Shown: in pieces, positions 48,498 through 63,454 of the stretch | Numbering within the stretch: position 1 is the stretch's first letter | How the letters are laid out: every line of letters starts with the position of its first letter | NCBI RefSeq assembly: GCF_009914755.1 | Contig: NC_060945.1 | Direction: 5' to 3' (one strand) | Length of the DNA stretch: 64,000 nt | Source: the human T2T-CHM13v2.0 reference genome, Homo sapiens | Made by a program: the position numbers and the translations under genes | The notes under the pieces: generated by a model | Database searches by the model: none | Seen by the model: only the letters and a program-made list of their open reading frames with translations | What the model was told of the DNA's origin: nothing

Positions 48498-49512
48498 TTA
48501 TATAGAAGATATCAAAATATGGTAACTATAAAGCAACCATATTTTAAAAGTATGCTCCTGGTACAGCAATAGACAAATGGATCTCTTGACATAAAATAAA
48601 GTCCAAAAACAGAGCAATGTACATATTCAGTAAACACTTTAGGCAGCAATTTAAATTTGCAGGAAAAAATGGACTGTTCACAATTCAATAAATGGAGTTG
48701 AAATCTGGATTTCATTTGGAAAAAGAATTGTTAGTTCCATAATGCACATCGTTCTCAACAATAAAACCTTAATTGATTAATTGATCATTGACTTACTTGT
48801 GAAGGCTCACGCCATTGATTTCATGATCCTATTTAATGTCTGGAAGACCACCTCCTGGATTATGGTAGGCAGGACCCTACAATAAATTAAAAGAATGCTC
48901 CTGAACACCCAAACTGATGGTGTCACTTCTGCCTTCTAGCGGGCATCAGTCATCGCACTGGGAAGATAAATACCTGAAGTGTTCCCTTCCGCCTACACAG
49001 ATAAAGCAGAGAGAATGGAAACCCTGAAATGTCAACATCCCTGCTCGCTCTTCCAAGATGCCGAAATAGATATGTGATCGTGTGTGAAGCTGAGCCCTTT
49101 AATGTTACTTAGATGTCCAACAGAGGGACGAAGAGTCAAAATTCTCTGCATTATAAGAGGAATTCAGGAGAAGCACCTTCCAGGAGGGAAGGCTCTAGCA
49201 ACACCAGAGGAAGCTGCAGCTGGGAAGGAGGCAGCCAGGGAACAGTTCTTGGTGGCAGGGCCAAAGGACTTCCAAGACAAGGAGGCCAATGGCTAATACT
49301 CAAGGTTAAGCCATCAGTGTCAAGCAGTGTGAGCCCACCCTCTGTCCTTCCAAACCTTCAGTAAAGACCTAACACCTGACTATGCTGGGTGAGTTGTTCT
49401 GGGGTAAGTGGCAGTTTTGTGGGAAAGCTTTTCTTCCTATTCCTGATCTTTCCTTCTATGAGTCAGGACATCCATTCACCTGACACTCAGCCTCCCTCTG
49501 CCCCTGGACACC

Positions 49513-49925
49513 TGTGTTAGGCCATTCTTGCATTGTTATAAAGAAATACCTGAGACTGGGTAATTTGTAAAGAAAAGAGGTTTAATTGGCTCACGGTTCT
49601 GCAGGCTGTACAGGAAACGTGATGCTGGCATCTGCTCGGCTTCTGGAGTGGCCTCAGGAAGCTCAGAATCATGTTAGAAGGCAAAGGGGAAGCAGGCACA
49701 GGCCCAGAGCAGGAGCAAGAGATGGAGGGGTAGGTGCTACACCCTTTTAAACAAGCAGATCTCACAAACGGACTCGCTCTGGTGAGGACAGTATCGAGGG
49801 GATGGTGCCAAACTATTCATGAGAAATCCGCCCCATCATCAAATCACCTCCCGCCAGGCTCTACCTCCAACACTAGGGATTACATTTCAACAAGAGATTT
49901 GGGCAGAGACATGTGTACAAACTCT
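49513..49925 (-). mobile_element. MSTB-like solo LTR
   Basis: tgtgttaggccattcttgcattg.tataaagaaatacctgagactggg...atttcaacaagagatttggg. Confidence 0.88.
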
Positions 49926-51177
49926 ACCACCACCCCTCATTTGCTGGAAAGAGAAGCTGGGCCAGCAGAGCTCAGCTGCTGCTCCTGCTTGTCTTTCAGA
50001 ACCAGCCAGGTGTAGACCTGGGACTGCACACGCCCTTCGGTACGCCCCTTCTTCCCTGGCCTCTGAGTCTCTGGTTTCTGTTAGGAAACCCACTACTGTG
50101 CCTCCGAGGCACATTCTCCTCTCCTTTTGTCTTGGTTTAGGAGTCTGGCAGGGGGGAGAGGGTATGATTTATGGAGCCCCTCAAATCTCAAGAAGAGGTT
50201 CCATGTGTAAAGGAAAAGCCCCAAGATTCATCCAAGCACCCAGGAAACTGAGGACACAGTGTCCTTGTGGGAACTCCCTGAGAAATTTTCATTCCAGAAC
50301 TCAGAGTTGAGGGCATCTTCCTTCTCTTTATCTTATCCGACTCTTGTCCTAAATCCTTCACTTTGTCACTGGAGTCCTGACAGACCCTTTCCAGCGCCTT
50401 CTCTTTCAGTCACTGGCCTTCAGAATCTCAAGAGCAGCAATCCCAGCTCTGCCAAGCCCCCAGCAGTGTCTGCCAGAGCGGGAGCTGGGGCAGACAAGCT
50501 GATGATGGAGGGAAATGAACAGAAACGGCTTTTCTCTGAGACTTCTCTCCAAAATATGTGCTGCTTTGGCTCTGAAGGGCGGAACTTTATTTTATTTTAT
50601 TGTCAGAAGAAAAAGAGACGAGTTGCTTCTGACCAAAAAAAATTCAGTCAGTCATAGATGATGCCTGGCTCCAACCCAAACGCAGATTATGGGAAACACT
50701 CCATTTTGAGCAAGCATGAAGGCTTTCCCAGCAACTCTCGTCAACACCAATTATTTACCCTTCACTTTGGCGCTCTGTCCTTAACCAAGGCAAGATTTAG
50801 AATCACTGAATCATGGGATCATTGGGCCCACTTGCCTCTACCTACCCACCCCATTTCATCCATGAGAAACTGACCCAAACGATGACATCTCTTACCTACT
50901 TGGTAAGCAGTGGCATGATCTGGACCAGGATCCCAAACTCTGGAGTCTCAAGTCTACACTCATCCCGTGGCTCAGGATTTGTTTCACAGCTCCAGGCATC
51001 ATCTCCCTTGGGGAAAAGGAGTTCCTTAGTGGCAGAGAGCTAGTGCTTTGCAGAGAGAAGAAAAGAGTACCAAAATTTGAAGAGAGCCTGCCATGTTCCT
51101 GTTGCAAGGCTAGTGACATGGCTAGAGTGGACCCCTTTGGGAATGTCTTCCTAACAAGCCTGTCAGTTGGAGGACAT

Positions 51178-51562
51178 TGTTTTGGGCTGAATTGTGGGCC
51201 ACAAAAAATTCATATGTTAAAGTCCTAACCCCTGGATCTCCTGAGGTAACCATATTCGGATGTAGGGTTATGAAAGAGGTAATTAAGTTAAAATGAGGCC
51301 GTTAGGGTAGGCCTTAATCTGACCACAGTCCTCATAAAAAGAGGAGATTAGGACATAGACCCATACATGGAGGAAAAATGTGTGAAGACACAGGGAGAAA
51401 GTGGCCACCCGCAAGCCAAGGAGAGAGGCCTCAGAAGAAACCAACTCTGCCCGCACCTCGATCTTGGACTTCCAAGCTACACGGCTGTGTCTAAACAAAG
51501 CCCAGTTGTTTCAGCCCCTCAATCTGTGGTATCTTGTTGGGGCAGCCCGGAAGATTCATATA
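51178..51562 (+). mobile_element. MLT1B-like LTR
   Basis: gggctgaattgtg...aaattcatatgttaaagtcctaacccc...gaggtaattaagttaaaatgagg...caagccaaggagagaggcctcagaagaaaccaac. Confidence 0.85.
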
Positions 51563-51934
51563 GGCACCCAGTCCCCATCCTACTCAGGCTTCCAGGCTGG
51601 GAGCCTGCCCCTCTGGCCAGAGCCAACTGAACCAAACAGACTCTATGTGAAGAGCTGGAACTGAGAGTGGCACAGAGATCGCTGCATGGAAGAGCTTTGT
51701 TAGTGGAGACTTTGGGGTGAAGATACCCCCTCCTTGCTGCTGAGAGCCCCAGAACGGCTCTGGTCTTCTCTGTCCTCCCTGTGGCTCCCAGGCTACACTT
51801 CCTGGTAAAATCCAGGAGAGACCCCAACACCCTTCCAAGAAATTCCCTTTCTTGGTTATGTTTGAAGTGGGTTTTGTTACTTGCAACCCAAAAGACTTTA
51901 GCCGTGACATTGACATGTGTCACCTCATACAGTG

Positions 51935-52170
51935 TAATTTCTCCCTGAGATATTACTGCCCCATCTTACAGACCAAGGAACTGAGATTCAAGGATATTAA
52001 GCAGCCAGTCCAAGGTCACAAAATGGTAGAACTATAGGGATCTGCACTCAAGCTTCTTCCTCTCTCCACACTGTCCTGGATGCTACACTTCTTCCTTATC
52101 CCCCTGAGCGCTCAGCTAGGAGTCAGACATATGGTAGGTGCTCAATAAAAGCTTGTTAAATGGAATAGAG
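51935..52170. mobile_element. MIR (minus strand) followed by an L2 3' end (plus strand)
   Basis: cccatcttacaga..aggaactgag...ccaaggtcaca; catatggtaggtgctcaataaa. Confidence 0.65.
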
Positions 52171-53260
52171 CCCACAGGCATATGTTCCATCTTTAGACTA
52201 AAACATAGATAAATACGCTGCCTGTTCACACAGTCGGAGCCACAGGTAAACAAAACCAGTGTCGGGAATTCATTCGTCTCGCTACCCTTCTCTATTCAGA
52301 CCTAATGAGGCCAGAGAGCTTAACCCAGGCTTTCAGTGGAACCCTTGCTTCACTCAGTAACACCAAGATAGTCTGGTCTCATTGAATTCACAAATTCCCT
52401 CTAACTCTTCCCATCTGTTCCATGTTTATTTAACCTGCAGACCAGGGCAGCTACTTCCCCAGCGGAACTTCATAGTCTCCAGAAAGAAAGATCTGAACTT
52501 CCTTCCCTCCCCCTTTTGTCTTGTAGCAAAAGGACATAAACCACCCTTTGTTAGGAACAGTAAACTTGCCTTTTTTTCAAGGCTTAGGGCTTTGCAGGAA
52601 GCAAGTAGCTGGGGAGAAAAATGAAGAAAGGGCTCCACTGGCAAGGGCTTTCAGGGTATTTTTCTCTTCTTTATAAAAATGAAATTACTTTTCCCCTGTT
52701 GCTTTGGAAAGGCCCCAAAATAAACCTAAGAGCACTTGCATAGCTGTCATTAAACTTCCCAGGCTGATCGAGACTCTGAGGCTCCCTGGCAGAGAAAGAT
52801 GGTTGATCTGGCCCTGCCATCTTGTATTTCAACGTGGATGCTTCAAGCTCGGGAGGGGGCCCTGGCCTCTTAGTGCAGCATCACAGAGCAATGAGAGAGC
52901 AATGCGTTATTCTCTGACATCTTACAGACTAGAGGAGTGAGTGTGGGGGTGCTTTTCCCCACCATGAAACCCTCCATGCGGGGCCCTCAGTCGAGACATG
53001 CAGCCTGTGCCTCCTTGTCTTCCACCCTCTAACAGGCTGCCCGGGCGGGGAAAGACAGCACAGGTGCAGTGAGCATGCCGCGCAGGCACTCATCCACACT
53101 GTTTGTGTTTCTATTATACATAGCCATAATTAACCATGAAGACTTCTGGGAGGAGCCATGGATTCCAGCCTCAGCAGGGGAAAAAACACACCAAAATTAT
53201 ATTCCAGAATTAGAGCCACTGACGTTTACGTGGCAATTTACAAAGTAATTTTTATGGGGC

Positions 53261-53593
53261 TGTGTTAGTCCATTTTGTGTTGCTATAAAGGAATACTCGA
53301 GGCTGAGTAACACATAAAGAAAAGAGACGTGGCACCGGCATCTGCTTCCGGTCAGAACCTCAGGAAGCTTCCACACATAGGGGAAGGGGAGGAAGGGCGA
53401 GAGGGAGCTCTTTTAAACAACCAGCTCTCCAGTGAACTAATAGAGCTGAAAACTCAGTATCATGGGGAGGGCACCGAGTCATTCATGAGGGATCCGCCCC
53501 CATGGCCTAAACACCTCCCCCAGCCCCCACTTCCAACATCGGGGGTCACATAGCAACATGAGCTTTGCAGGGGACAAACATCCAAAATATATC
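53261..53593 (-). mobile_element. MST-type solo LTR with internal deletions
   Basis: tgtgttagtccattttgtgttgctataaaggaatac...cattcatgagggatccgcccccatg...gggacaaacatccaaa.tatatca. Confidence 0.85.
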
Positions 53594-54519
53594 AGGGTGT
53601 TTTCATGGAAGCCTCTCAACCACTCTGTGAGGGAGGAATTCTTGGCACTCCCATTTCACAGAGGAGAAAACCGAGGCTTAGGACACAGCTGCCTCCTGAG
53701 AGAAAGGAGCAGCCAGAAACAGAAGTGCTATCTCCTAAGCTGGGACTCGACTTTCCTTCCCGTGGCACTATGCCCAGCCCACGAGCCAGCCAGCAGTGTG
53801 GGTGTCACCAGCCCCCAACATCTGAACCTAGTTCAACCCTGATTCTTGCCCCTTTTTTTTTCCAAATTGGAAATCTTGATATTAGATTTTTCCTAATTAT
53901 AAAAGACGCACTTCTAAAAGAGATTTTAAATAATACAGAAATTCTATACTAACCAACTCTCCCTGTCCCAATTAAAAAATAAAACCCTAAAGATAATCAG
54001 TTATCTTTATAGATATGTAGATGTAATCAGCAATTTCCATTTTCCCTTTTGAGCAGCTGGGATCCCAGCAAGGTCACCCTCACACTCATGATCAGATTGC
54101 CAGGACTCTGAGCCCCAATCCACGTGACTATGGGACCTCACATCCCTCTCCCATCCCCAGGTTGTTTCTCAGTTCCCAAAGGGCTTGAATACTGGCTGTC
54201 CCCTACAGCTTATGGGGCAGCTGCCTCCACTTTCTTCTCCAGCTCTGACTCCCTAGGCTGTCCTGAGGAACTCTCAGACCTTCCAGAAGGAGCCTTGCTT
54301 CTCATAGGTGGATTGGACAGATGTGTGTAAAATCTCATTTCTGTGTAGCCATCTAGACGCCCTTGGCCAGGCCACTCTGGCAAAACCCTTGGACAGCACC
54401 CATCCCTCCTCTCACCTATTTCCCAGCATGAGAAAGCCCAATAGAATCATGAGCCCTGGATGTGGCAGAGGGGAAGGAGGGCTTTTAAACAGATTTCTTG
54501 AAGGCTGTCTCTTAACAGG

Positions 54520-54894
54520 TGATATGGTTTGGCTGTGCCCCCACCCAAACCTCACTTGAATTGTAGTTCCCATAATCCCTACATGTGGCGGAAGGGATCC
54601 AGTGGGAGGCAATTGAATCATGGGGATGGTTACCTCCATGCTATTCTCATAATAGAGTGAGTTCTCATGAGATCTGATGGTTTTATAATGGGCTTCCCCT
54701 TTTGCTTGGCTCTCATTCTTCTCCTTCCTGCCACCATGTGAAGAAGGACCTGTTTGCTTCCCCTTCTGCCATGATTCTAAGTTTCCTGAGGCCTCCCCAG
54801 CCCTGAAGAACTACGAGTCAATTAAACCTTTTTCCTCTATAATTTACCCAGTCTTGGGCAGTTCTTTATAGCAGCATGTGAACAGACTAATACA
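54520..54894 (+). mobile_element. THE1 (C/D-like) solo LTR
   Basis: tgatatggtttggctgtg...gactaataca with exact TSD acagg (54515-19 and 54895-99). Confidence 0.92.
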
Positions 54895-55659
54895 ACAGGT
54901 AACACAAAAATCTCAGTGATTCTTTCTCTCACCTGCATGAAAGCAGCCTTGAGAAAACAGTATTTTGGGAGGATTTTTGTGGCTCTTAAATGTACCAATT
55001 CAATACCCAGTCTCTCTCTCTCTCTTTCCTTTTCTCTCTCTCCTTCCCTCTCCCACCTCCCAGCTCTCTATCTCTGATTATCTCTTCCTTTCTCCCACAC
55101 TCTCCCTCTTCAGGTTGGCTAACCCCAAATCCTTAAATCGCTAACCACTCCTTCTCTTAAGAAACTATCATGTATCCCTCCCCCACCACCCAAGCACCCC
55201 ATGCCAGCGTCTAGGAAGCTCAGATAGGGGTGTGACCTTTAACCCTGTCAGCCCCCAAAGAGAACTTGTGCATATCTCTTCTTGAACTTGTCATTTAAGA
55301 GAATGAACCCAAATAAAATATGTCCCTCCCTCTATGATTTGTCAACAATGAAAAGATGAATCACCAAACAAAAATACAAACTTCATATTTGAAGGCAACC
55401 AAAAAGTTAGATATTTACTCCAAACTAATGTCTTTTGCCAGGCTCTAATTACCGAAGGTGGGAGACTGTCTAAGAGCACAGGGTAATGTCTCTCAGAAAC
55501 ATTTATGCACTTGTGTTTATGGTCCATAATATAATTCTGTCTCTCATATTGATCAGATGCTACAGTCCTCTCTTTGGACTGTAGTAGCAACTAAAAGTCC
55601 ATCTTACAAGCAGCACTCCTCTTCTTCCAGATTTTCATCAGTATAGTTTTAGAAAATTT

Positions 55660-55868
55660 CCAGCCTAGGCAACATAGCAAGACCCTGTCTCTACAAAAAG
55701 AAAATGAAAAATTATCTGGGCATAGTGGCATGTGCCTGTAGTCCCAGCTACTCAGAAGGGTGAGGCCAAAGGATCACTTGAGCCCACAAGTTTGACACTG
55801 CAGTGAACTAAGATTACACCACTGCACTCCAGTCTGGGCAACAAAGTGAGATCCTGTCTCAAAAAAAG
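55660..55868 (+). mobile_element. AluJ, 5' truncated
   Basis: ccagcctaggcaacatagcaagaccctgtctc...ggatcacttgagccca. Confidence 0.85.
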
Positions 55869-56116
55869 GAAGAGGAGGAGAAGAAGAAGAAGAAGAAGAA
55901 GGAGGAGGAGGAGGAGGAGGAGGAGGAGGAGGAAGAGAGAAGAGGAGGAGGAAAAGAAAGAGTAAGGAAAGAAGGAAGGAAGGAAAGAATGAATGAAGGC
56001 AGGCAGGCAGGCAGGGAGGGAGGGGAGAGGAAGAGAGAAGAAAGAAGGAGAAGAAAAGAAGAAGAAGAAGGAAGAGGAGGAGGAGGAAGGGGAGAGGAGG
56101 AGGAAAAAGAAGAAGA
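55861..56116. repeat. Polypurine (GAA)n(GGA)n(GGAA)n(GGCA)n tract grown from the Alu tail
   Basis: Directly visible, ~255 bp almost free of pyrimidines. Confidence 0.95.
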
Positions 56117-56652
56117 CATGTATGTATTAGTACATTTACTTGATCAGCATTGGATAACTGCAAGGGAGATATCTACAGCAAAGCAAAAATATATTTTTTA
56201 ATGTAGCATTTATTCATCTCTGCTTCTGAAGAATGAGTGTACTCTCATCCCCTAGGCTCCAGCATACCCGCTGTCAGAAGTATCCCTTCCTTTCTCCCTC
56301 ACTTAACTAAGTTGACCCCCTACCACACTGAGTTCAAGTTTGGGGGCCTGACCAGGAAAGAAATATATGTCAGCTTTACAATGTGCCTTTCAGAAAACTC
56401 AAGTGTTGTCTTTATAAATTTAGATGTATCTGTTTTTTTCTAACCCAAGATTTCTTCCTTCATGGGTGAGAATACAAACGATTTTGTTTAGGGATCCCAG
56501 AGAATGACTGTGAAATTTCTGCATCGTTGGCAGACAGGTGGTGCAGAGATCTCCCACTTCGGGGTCTGATGCTACTCACTCGTCCATTTGGTGAGTGCAC
56601 AGTGAGCATCTACTCTATGCCCAGATCCCTCCTAGGCTTAGAGAACTAAGGA

Positions 56653-56776
56653 AGGAGCTGCCCTTGGGACCTCTCCAGCTAGGAAAGGATGGAGGGATGG
56701 GATGTGCTTTAGGGGAGCTGTGCTCGGGACTTCTCCACCTGGGCGAGGACGGAAGGGTGGGATGCGCTTTAGGGGG
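56653..56776. repeat. Two-copy 60-bp tandem repeat
   Basis: gggac at 56666 and 56726; gggatg(t/c)gctttagggg in both units. Confidence 0.85.
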
Positions 56777-57607
56777 CCACTCCATAGAACACCATGCAGA
56801 TGGTGCCCCCCCGCACGACCCCCAGCATCAGAGTTGTGCACTGATGGCCTGCAGATGAGCAGGGGAGGGAAGGAAGGCTCTATGCCGCTTTGCGTGTGGT
56901 CAGAGGCATTTCTCCCAATGCTTCTGCATCCTATTGGTGAGTGACAGGTACACAGCGGGCATGCGCAGTTTCCAGCTGAGGATTGTCCCTTTGGAGCTCA
57001 TTTGGCCTGCAAGCTTTCCATTCATGTTACCTAATCGCCCTCCCCCCACCCCCCATTAGGCCTGCTCCCAAGGGTGGCTGAAATTCCCAGAATTCATTAT
57101 TAACATATTTTTGTTCTGACTCCACTTTCAACAGCCATTTTTATCTCTGACAGCAAGCTGGCCTCTGTCTCTGGGGCTGGACAGCATCATGCCCAGATCA
57201 CTCCATTTTCAGAGCAGGCTTTAGCAGACTCCTGGCTGATGGGAGCCCCAGGGAGGGGAGCGGGAGAGTGAGCGACCTGCCCCCACTGCAATCACACAGC
57301 AAGGGTTACTTCCCCCTCCACCAAGTGGGACCCTTTGCAAAGCCTTTGCTCCCTCTGCCTTTGGGTTGTCATAATTCAGAAGGCAGGCTGCTATCTGATT
57401 AGCCCAAAACGCTCCTAGAAGCTTCTCCCCAAAAGCACCCATTCAAGCACCACAGCTTCCAAATTACTCAACATTCAATTGGTTCATAAAAATTTGTATT
57501 CCTGGAGAAAGTCAAAAAATTGGAAATAGTTTTAGTTGATTTAATAGAGTTTTTTTTAAACAGCATTTTGAAAAAAAAATCATAAATCCCTATAGAAGTA
57601 AATTGCT

Positions 57608-58193
<586 letters not shown>

Positions 58194-58489
58194 AAGTAAA
58201 CTGCTTTATAACTTTAAATGGTTTTTCACACCTTTACCATATCTAATCCTTTCAGTAAACCAGTTCAAGATTTCATTAATTATGTCTAACTTTTGTCATG
58301 TTGTTATAAATAAGAAAACTAACCAGAGGGAGGTTAAGTAACATGCTTAGGGTTCTATGCTGGGCCGGACCTAGAATCCGTCTCCTCTTTTATTCTCATT
58401 GTATGTTCATTCCACATCTTAATCCGGGCCCAGATTTAACAGCCTCAGTTCTCCCACCAAATTCACACAATCCAGATTCATTCATTATA

Positions 58490-59182
<693 letters not shown>

Positions 59183-59258
59183 ATTCTTGGGTACTTTTTG
59201 AAGTTTCAAAGTTATTTCAGCAGGAAGACCCATCTAGTTAAAGAATAAATGTGTGCTT

Positions 59259-59553
59259 GGCCAGGCGCGGTGGCTCACGCCTGTAATCCCAGCACTTTGG
59301 GAGGCCGAGGAGGGTGGATCACGAGGTCAGTAGATCGAGACCATCCTGGCTAACACGGTGAAACCCCATCTCTACTAAAAATACAGAAAAAATTAGCCAG
59401 GCGTGGCGGTGTGCGCCTGTAGTGCTAGCTACTCGGGAGGTTGAGGCAGGAGAATGGAGTAAACCTGGGACGCAGAGCTTGCAGAGAGCCAAGAACGTGC
59501 CACCGCACTCCAGCCTGGGTGACAGAGCGAGACTCTGTCCCCAAAAAAAAAAA
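59259..59553 (+). mobile_element. AluY-like
   Basis: atcgagaccatcctggctaacacgg; TSD ~aagaa(t/c)aaa(t/c)gtgt. Confidence 0.9.
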
Positions 59554-60139
59554 AAGAACAAACGTGTTTACGCCTGGGGTAAGTACATTTAATAGTGTAA
59601 AAGTTCAGTCATTTCCATCTATTTTATCTCATCCCTAACTGGCTATGGATGGTAAACTCAGTTGACTTCTTTGAGGATAACCATAAATGTGTTTCACAAG
59701 CTTACTGATGTCTACTTTTAGCGAATTTCTTCAGGAAACAGAAGATTCATTATTAAACATTTTTTTGATGTCTACTATGTTGGGATTGTTCTCCCCAGAA
59801 ACCTCGTGTATTGCTGCTCAAACCTAAAGAGAATTACTCTACTCTTTACTGGACAAAATCACAAAACCATTGACTGGGCCACCCCAAATTGTGCTCCCTC
59901 AGAGAGTACCACTGCCTCGAAGTCTTTTTAATCTATTTCTGCTTGATCTATCATCAAATTTCCCTGAGCTGCTGTTCAAACCTGTCCACATTTCTTTCAT
60001 TTCTCTATTCCATTCCCACCCGACTCAGTTTCATCGGATGACTTGGCATCCTCCTCTCTCACTTGAGCCTCGTGGCTGTCACACTCCGGTAGCTAAGGCC
60101 ACCTTTGTTCAATGGCTCTCTACCGGGAGGCATAAAAAG

Positions 60140-60262
60140 TACGGTGACACGTGTGCTGGTTTTCCCGGGACAATTGACATCTGTCATCCCGACTTAATTA
60201 TTAGACATTCCCTGTTTCGCGAATGTGCCCTGATTTGGACAATAATTTTTATAGTCCTACTA
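60140..60262 (+). mobile_element. MER94-like hAT-Blackjack MITE
   Basis: ta.ggtgac...ggttt.cccgggaca...taattatta...tgtg.cc.g.tttggac.ataa. Confidence 0.6.
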
Positions 60263-62468
60263 ATGATGAGAAAAACATTGAAGATGGAAGCTGTTCTCAG
60301 TGGGGACTGTCCCTTGCCCCTTTTTCGGCCTCTGTGTCTTGGCTCATGCTAATCTTTCTTGTACTCAGTGACAAAAATGATCTCTTGTTCCTGTGAGAAT
60401 TCTGACTTTATTACTTCTTAATCTGCATGATCATCTAGTGCTTCTCAGACTGATGATCTGTGTATATTTTCTTTTAACCACCCATCTCAAACAGTTCAAT
60501 TCAAATCCTCATTTCAGAGCTACAGAAAAATGCATGTGAATAAGACTCATTCTTACAGAGGAAAAAAAAACAGGCTAGAACGAAAGTCTGCTCATTCACA
60601 GATTGTTTTCCCCCACCCTGGCTCCCTTAACAGCCACATCAGGACTGGATTCTCCCAGGTTTTCCTTCAGAGTGGAGAGAAACACAGCAGTTGTTGCCTT
60701 GGAAACTCTGTCCAGGGGCTGGCATCACGGGACTTGGCTCGCCTGCTCTATGGCTGACATCCAAAGCTGACTCACTTAAGTTTCGACTGGTTATGGCTTC
60801 GCTAAGGGGGACATAGCGATTGAGGAGAGAGGACAGGGGAACTTGAGCAAGTGAAATGACTATAGCAAGACATCTGTCTTCTTCACAGAGAGTAACTCAA
60901 ATGATGGCAAAAGGAATAACCAGTGCACTTTAATAATGAAGATTCTTGGTGAAATGTTGGCAGCCAGAGATGCTGTTAAATAAAATGTTCACGTGCCCAT
61001 GTTTTAATCCAGTTCAGAATTCCATGAGCTGATTCAAGAATTTCTTCAAGACATGCACCTGGTGCCACCTACAACTGTTCATTACACAGCAGCAGCAAAT
61101 GTGGGCGGCTCTTCTATTCTAAGCTTCTTTTGTGGTCTTGGTTCTCTAATGGGCAGAATATTGTCTATGTCCATCAGATTACAAATGCCTTAGATGAGCC
61201 TCTATCAGCTATCAATCGAGGTTTCCATTTCAAATCAATACCTAATTAAAATAACAAAACATTTCTGATTGCTTTTTTAGATTACTTTTAAAAGGAAACC
61301 TACGGAGCATCCTAATCCAACCCCTTCTTTCTACAGATGAGGAAACCTAGCCTGGGAGATGGACGCCAGGGATGTGAAATTGCTCCAGTTGTTGGAGGCT
61401 CCGTAGGACACACACCCCAAGGCTCCAGGACTCCCAGTGTGCTGGAACCTCACAGAACTACCACTTTGCCTCTGCATAATCACTTAATGCACGAGTATTT
61501 TTTTAATCTGTTTCAGCAAATGGAAGTCTGGCATAAAATGTAGTTGCCTGAGTTCACTTTAAAGCTTTGGACAATGTTGTCGTCTAAATAATGTGCTTTG
61601 GATGTCTTGACCCATAACAAGATAGCACTGTTCCTTAATCTTTCCAAAGGAATCTATAGCATTAATACAGATAGAGGGTTCCTGCCAAGTCTCGTGTGAG
61701 TCAGACACATTAGCAAGGTGATCAGAAATGTCCTTATTCCGGAAGACTGCCACCTCTCAGCCGGCAACTCCAAACTGAGCTGGCAAACACAGCATTAAGG
61801 ACTCAGAAAGCATTGGGGGAGGGGATTTAGTAACAAATCTGAGTCATGAAAACAGAAAACGACTGAAAGAGAAAACATAATTAACTTCCAGTGTAGAATG
61901 CTAGTGCCTTGGGGAAAATCCTGTGCAAGTGTAGATGTAAGCAATTTTAGGGACGAATACCGAAAAAGCTGTTAGCAGTCTGATGGGGGCTGCATCGGGG
62001 ACGGGGGGCCTTGACTATTATTTTATTTTAATTAAGAATGTTGGTTACAGGAGTGAAGGGATAAAGTCAGGTTGCAATGAGGCAACCTTCCTGTTGGACA
62101 GGGCCTCCTGCAGCTACTGAGTTTCCCACTGTGGTTGTGAACAGGCTGGACACGATGAATGTTTACATGGTGAAATGCGGCCCCTTGTGGCCTGATTGGG
62201 GAAACAAAACAAAAAGTCCGACTCACAGCCTGAGAGTGATACTAACCTACTTTACAGCATGTCAAACAGTGACACTGAAAAAATGACTACGGTACTCAGC
62301 AAAATTAGTAATCACACCAAAACGCACCAACATATAAAAGAACCATTTTATTCAAGAAAGCCGGGAAGAACTGTCCCCTAAGTCAGCTCGTGTCACACTT
62401 GAACGTGCCTGGGGACCACCTAGCATCTTGTTGCAGCAGCACAGGTTTGGTTCAGCGGGCCTGGATGA

Positions 62469-62827
<359 letters not shown>

Positions 62828-63454
62828 AGGGTCTGCATTTCTGATAAGCCTCAGGCAATGCCCACCCTGAGAGTGGCCAGGGGCTCGAGGGAAGGGTTGG
62901 CCAGGTCTCCTCTGTCAGGGCCTCCTCGCTCCAAGACCGCAGGCCTCTGGAGGGCATTCTCTGCCTCGCCTTGGCCTCCCAGGGGTTACAATTCTTTCCC
63001 ACACCCAAGCACTGAGAAGGCTGGGGAGCCACTTTTCTTTCGCATCTTCAAGCTCAAGGGCCTCCTTACCTCAGCTCAAGGTCATCATTTCCCCCTAAGA
63101 AAGAGTATCCTGTGAGGAGACAGCCCACTCCCTGACACCTTCCTAGCCTACTCTGGACCTTCCTACTTCAGGAAGCAACCATTCCAGGACGGCATCTGAC
63201 TGTGTCTTATGGATTCCGCATTCATGAAAGCCACAGGTTTCTTTCTTGATCACTGAAAGCAGCAGGTGGTTTTCAATGCCATTGCCTCCAAGTCTCCTCT
63301 TGGGATGTGCCTGTCTGAAGGTGGCGTTAATGTGTATCTGCCGGGCTTCTCCCTTGCACCCAGACAGCGCGCACTGAGGCCCACTCCGGCATCTTGTTTC
63401 CAGTGTCAGAGTGGCATTCACACCCCACCCCACCCCCAATCCCAAGAATTCATT

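Noticed and set aside
55774-56201. Poly-Pro/Ser/Leu/Glu ORFs
   Set aside because: Artefacts of the polypurine microsatellite.
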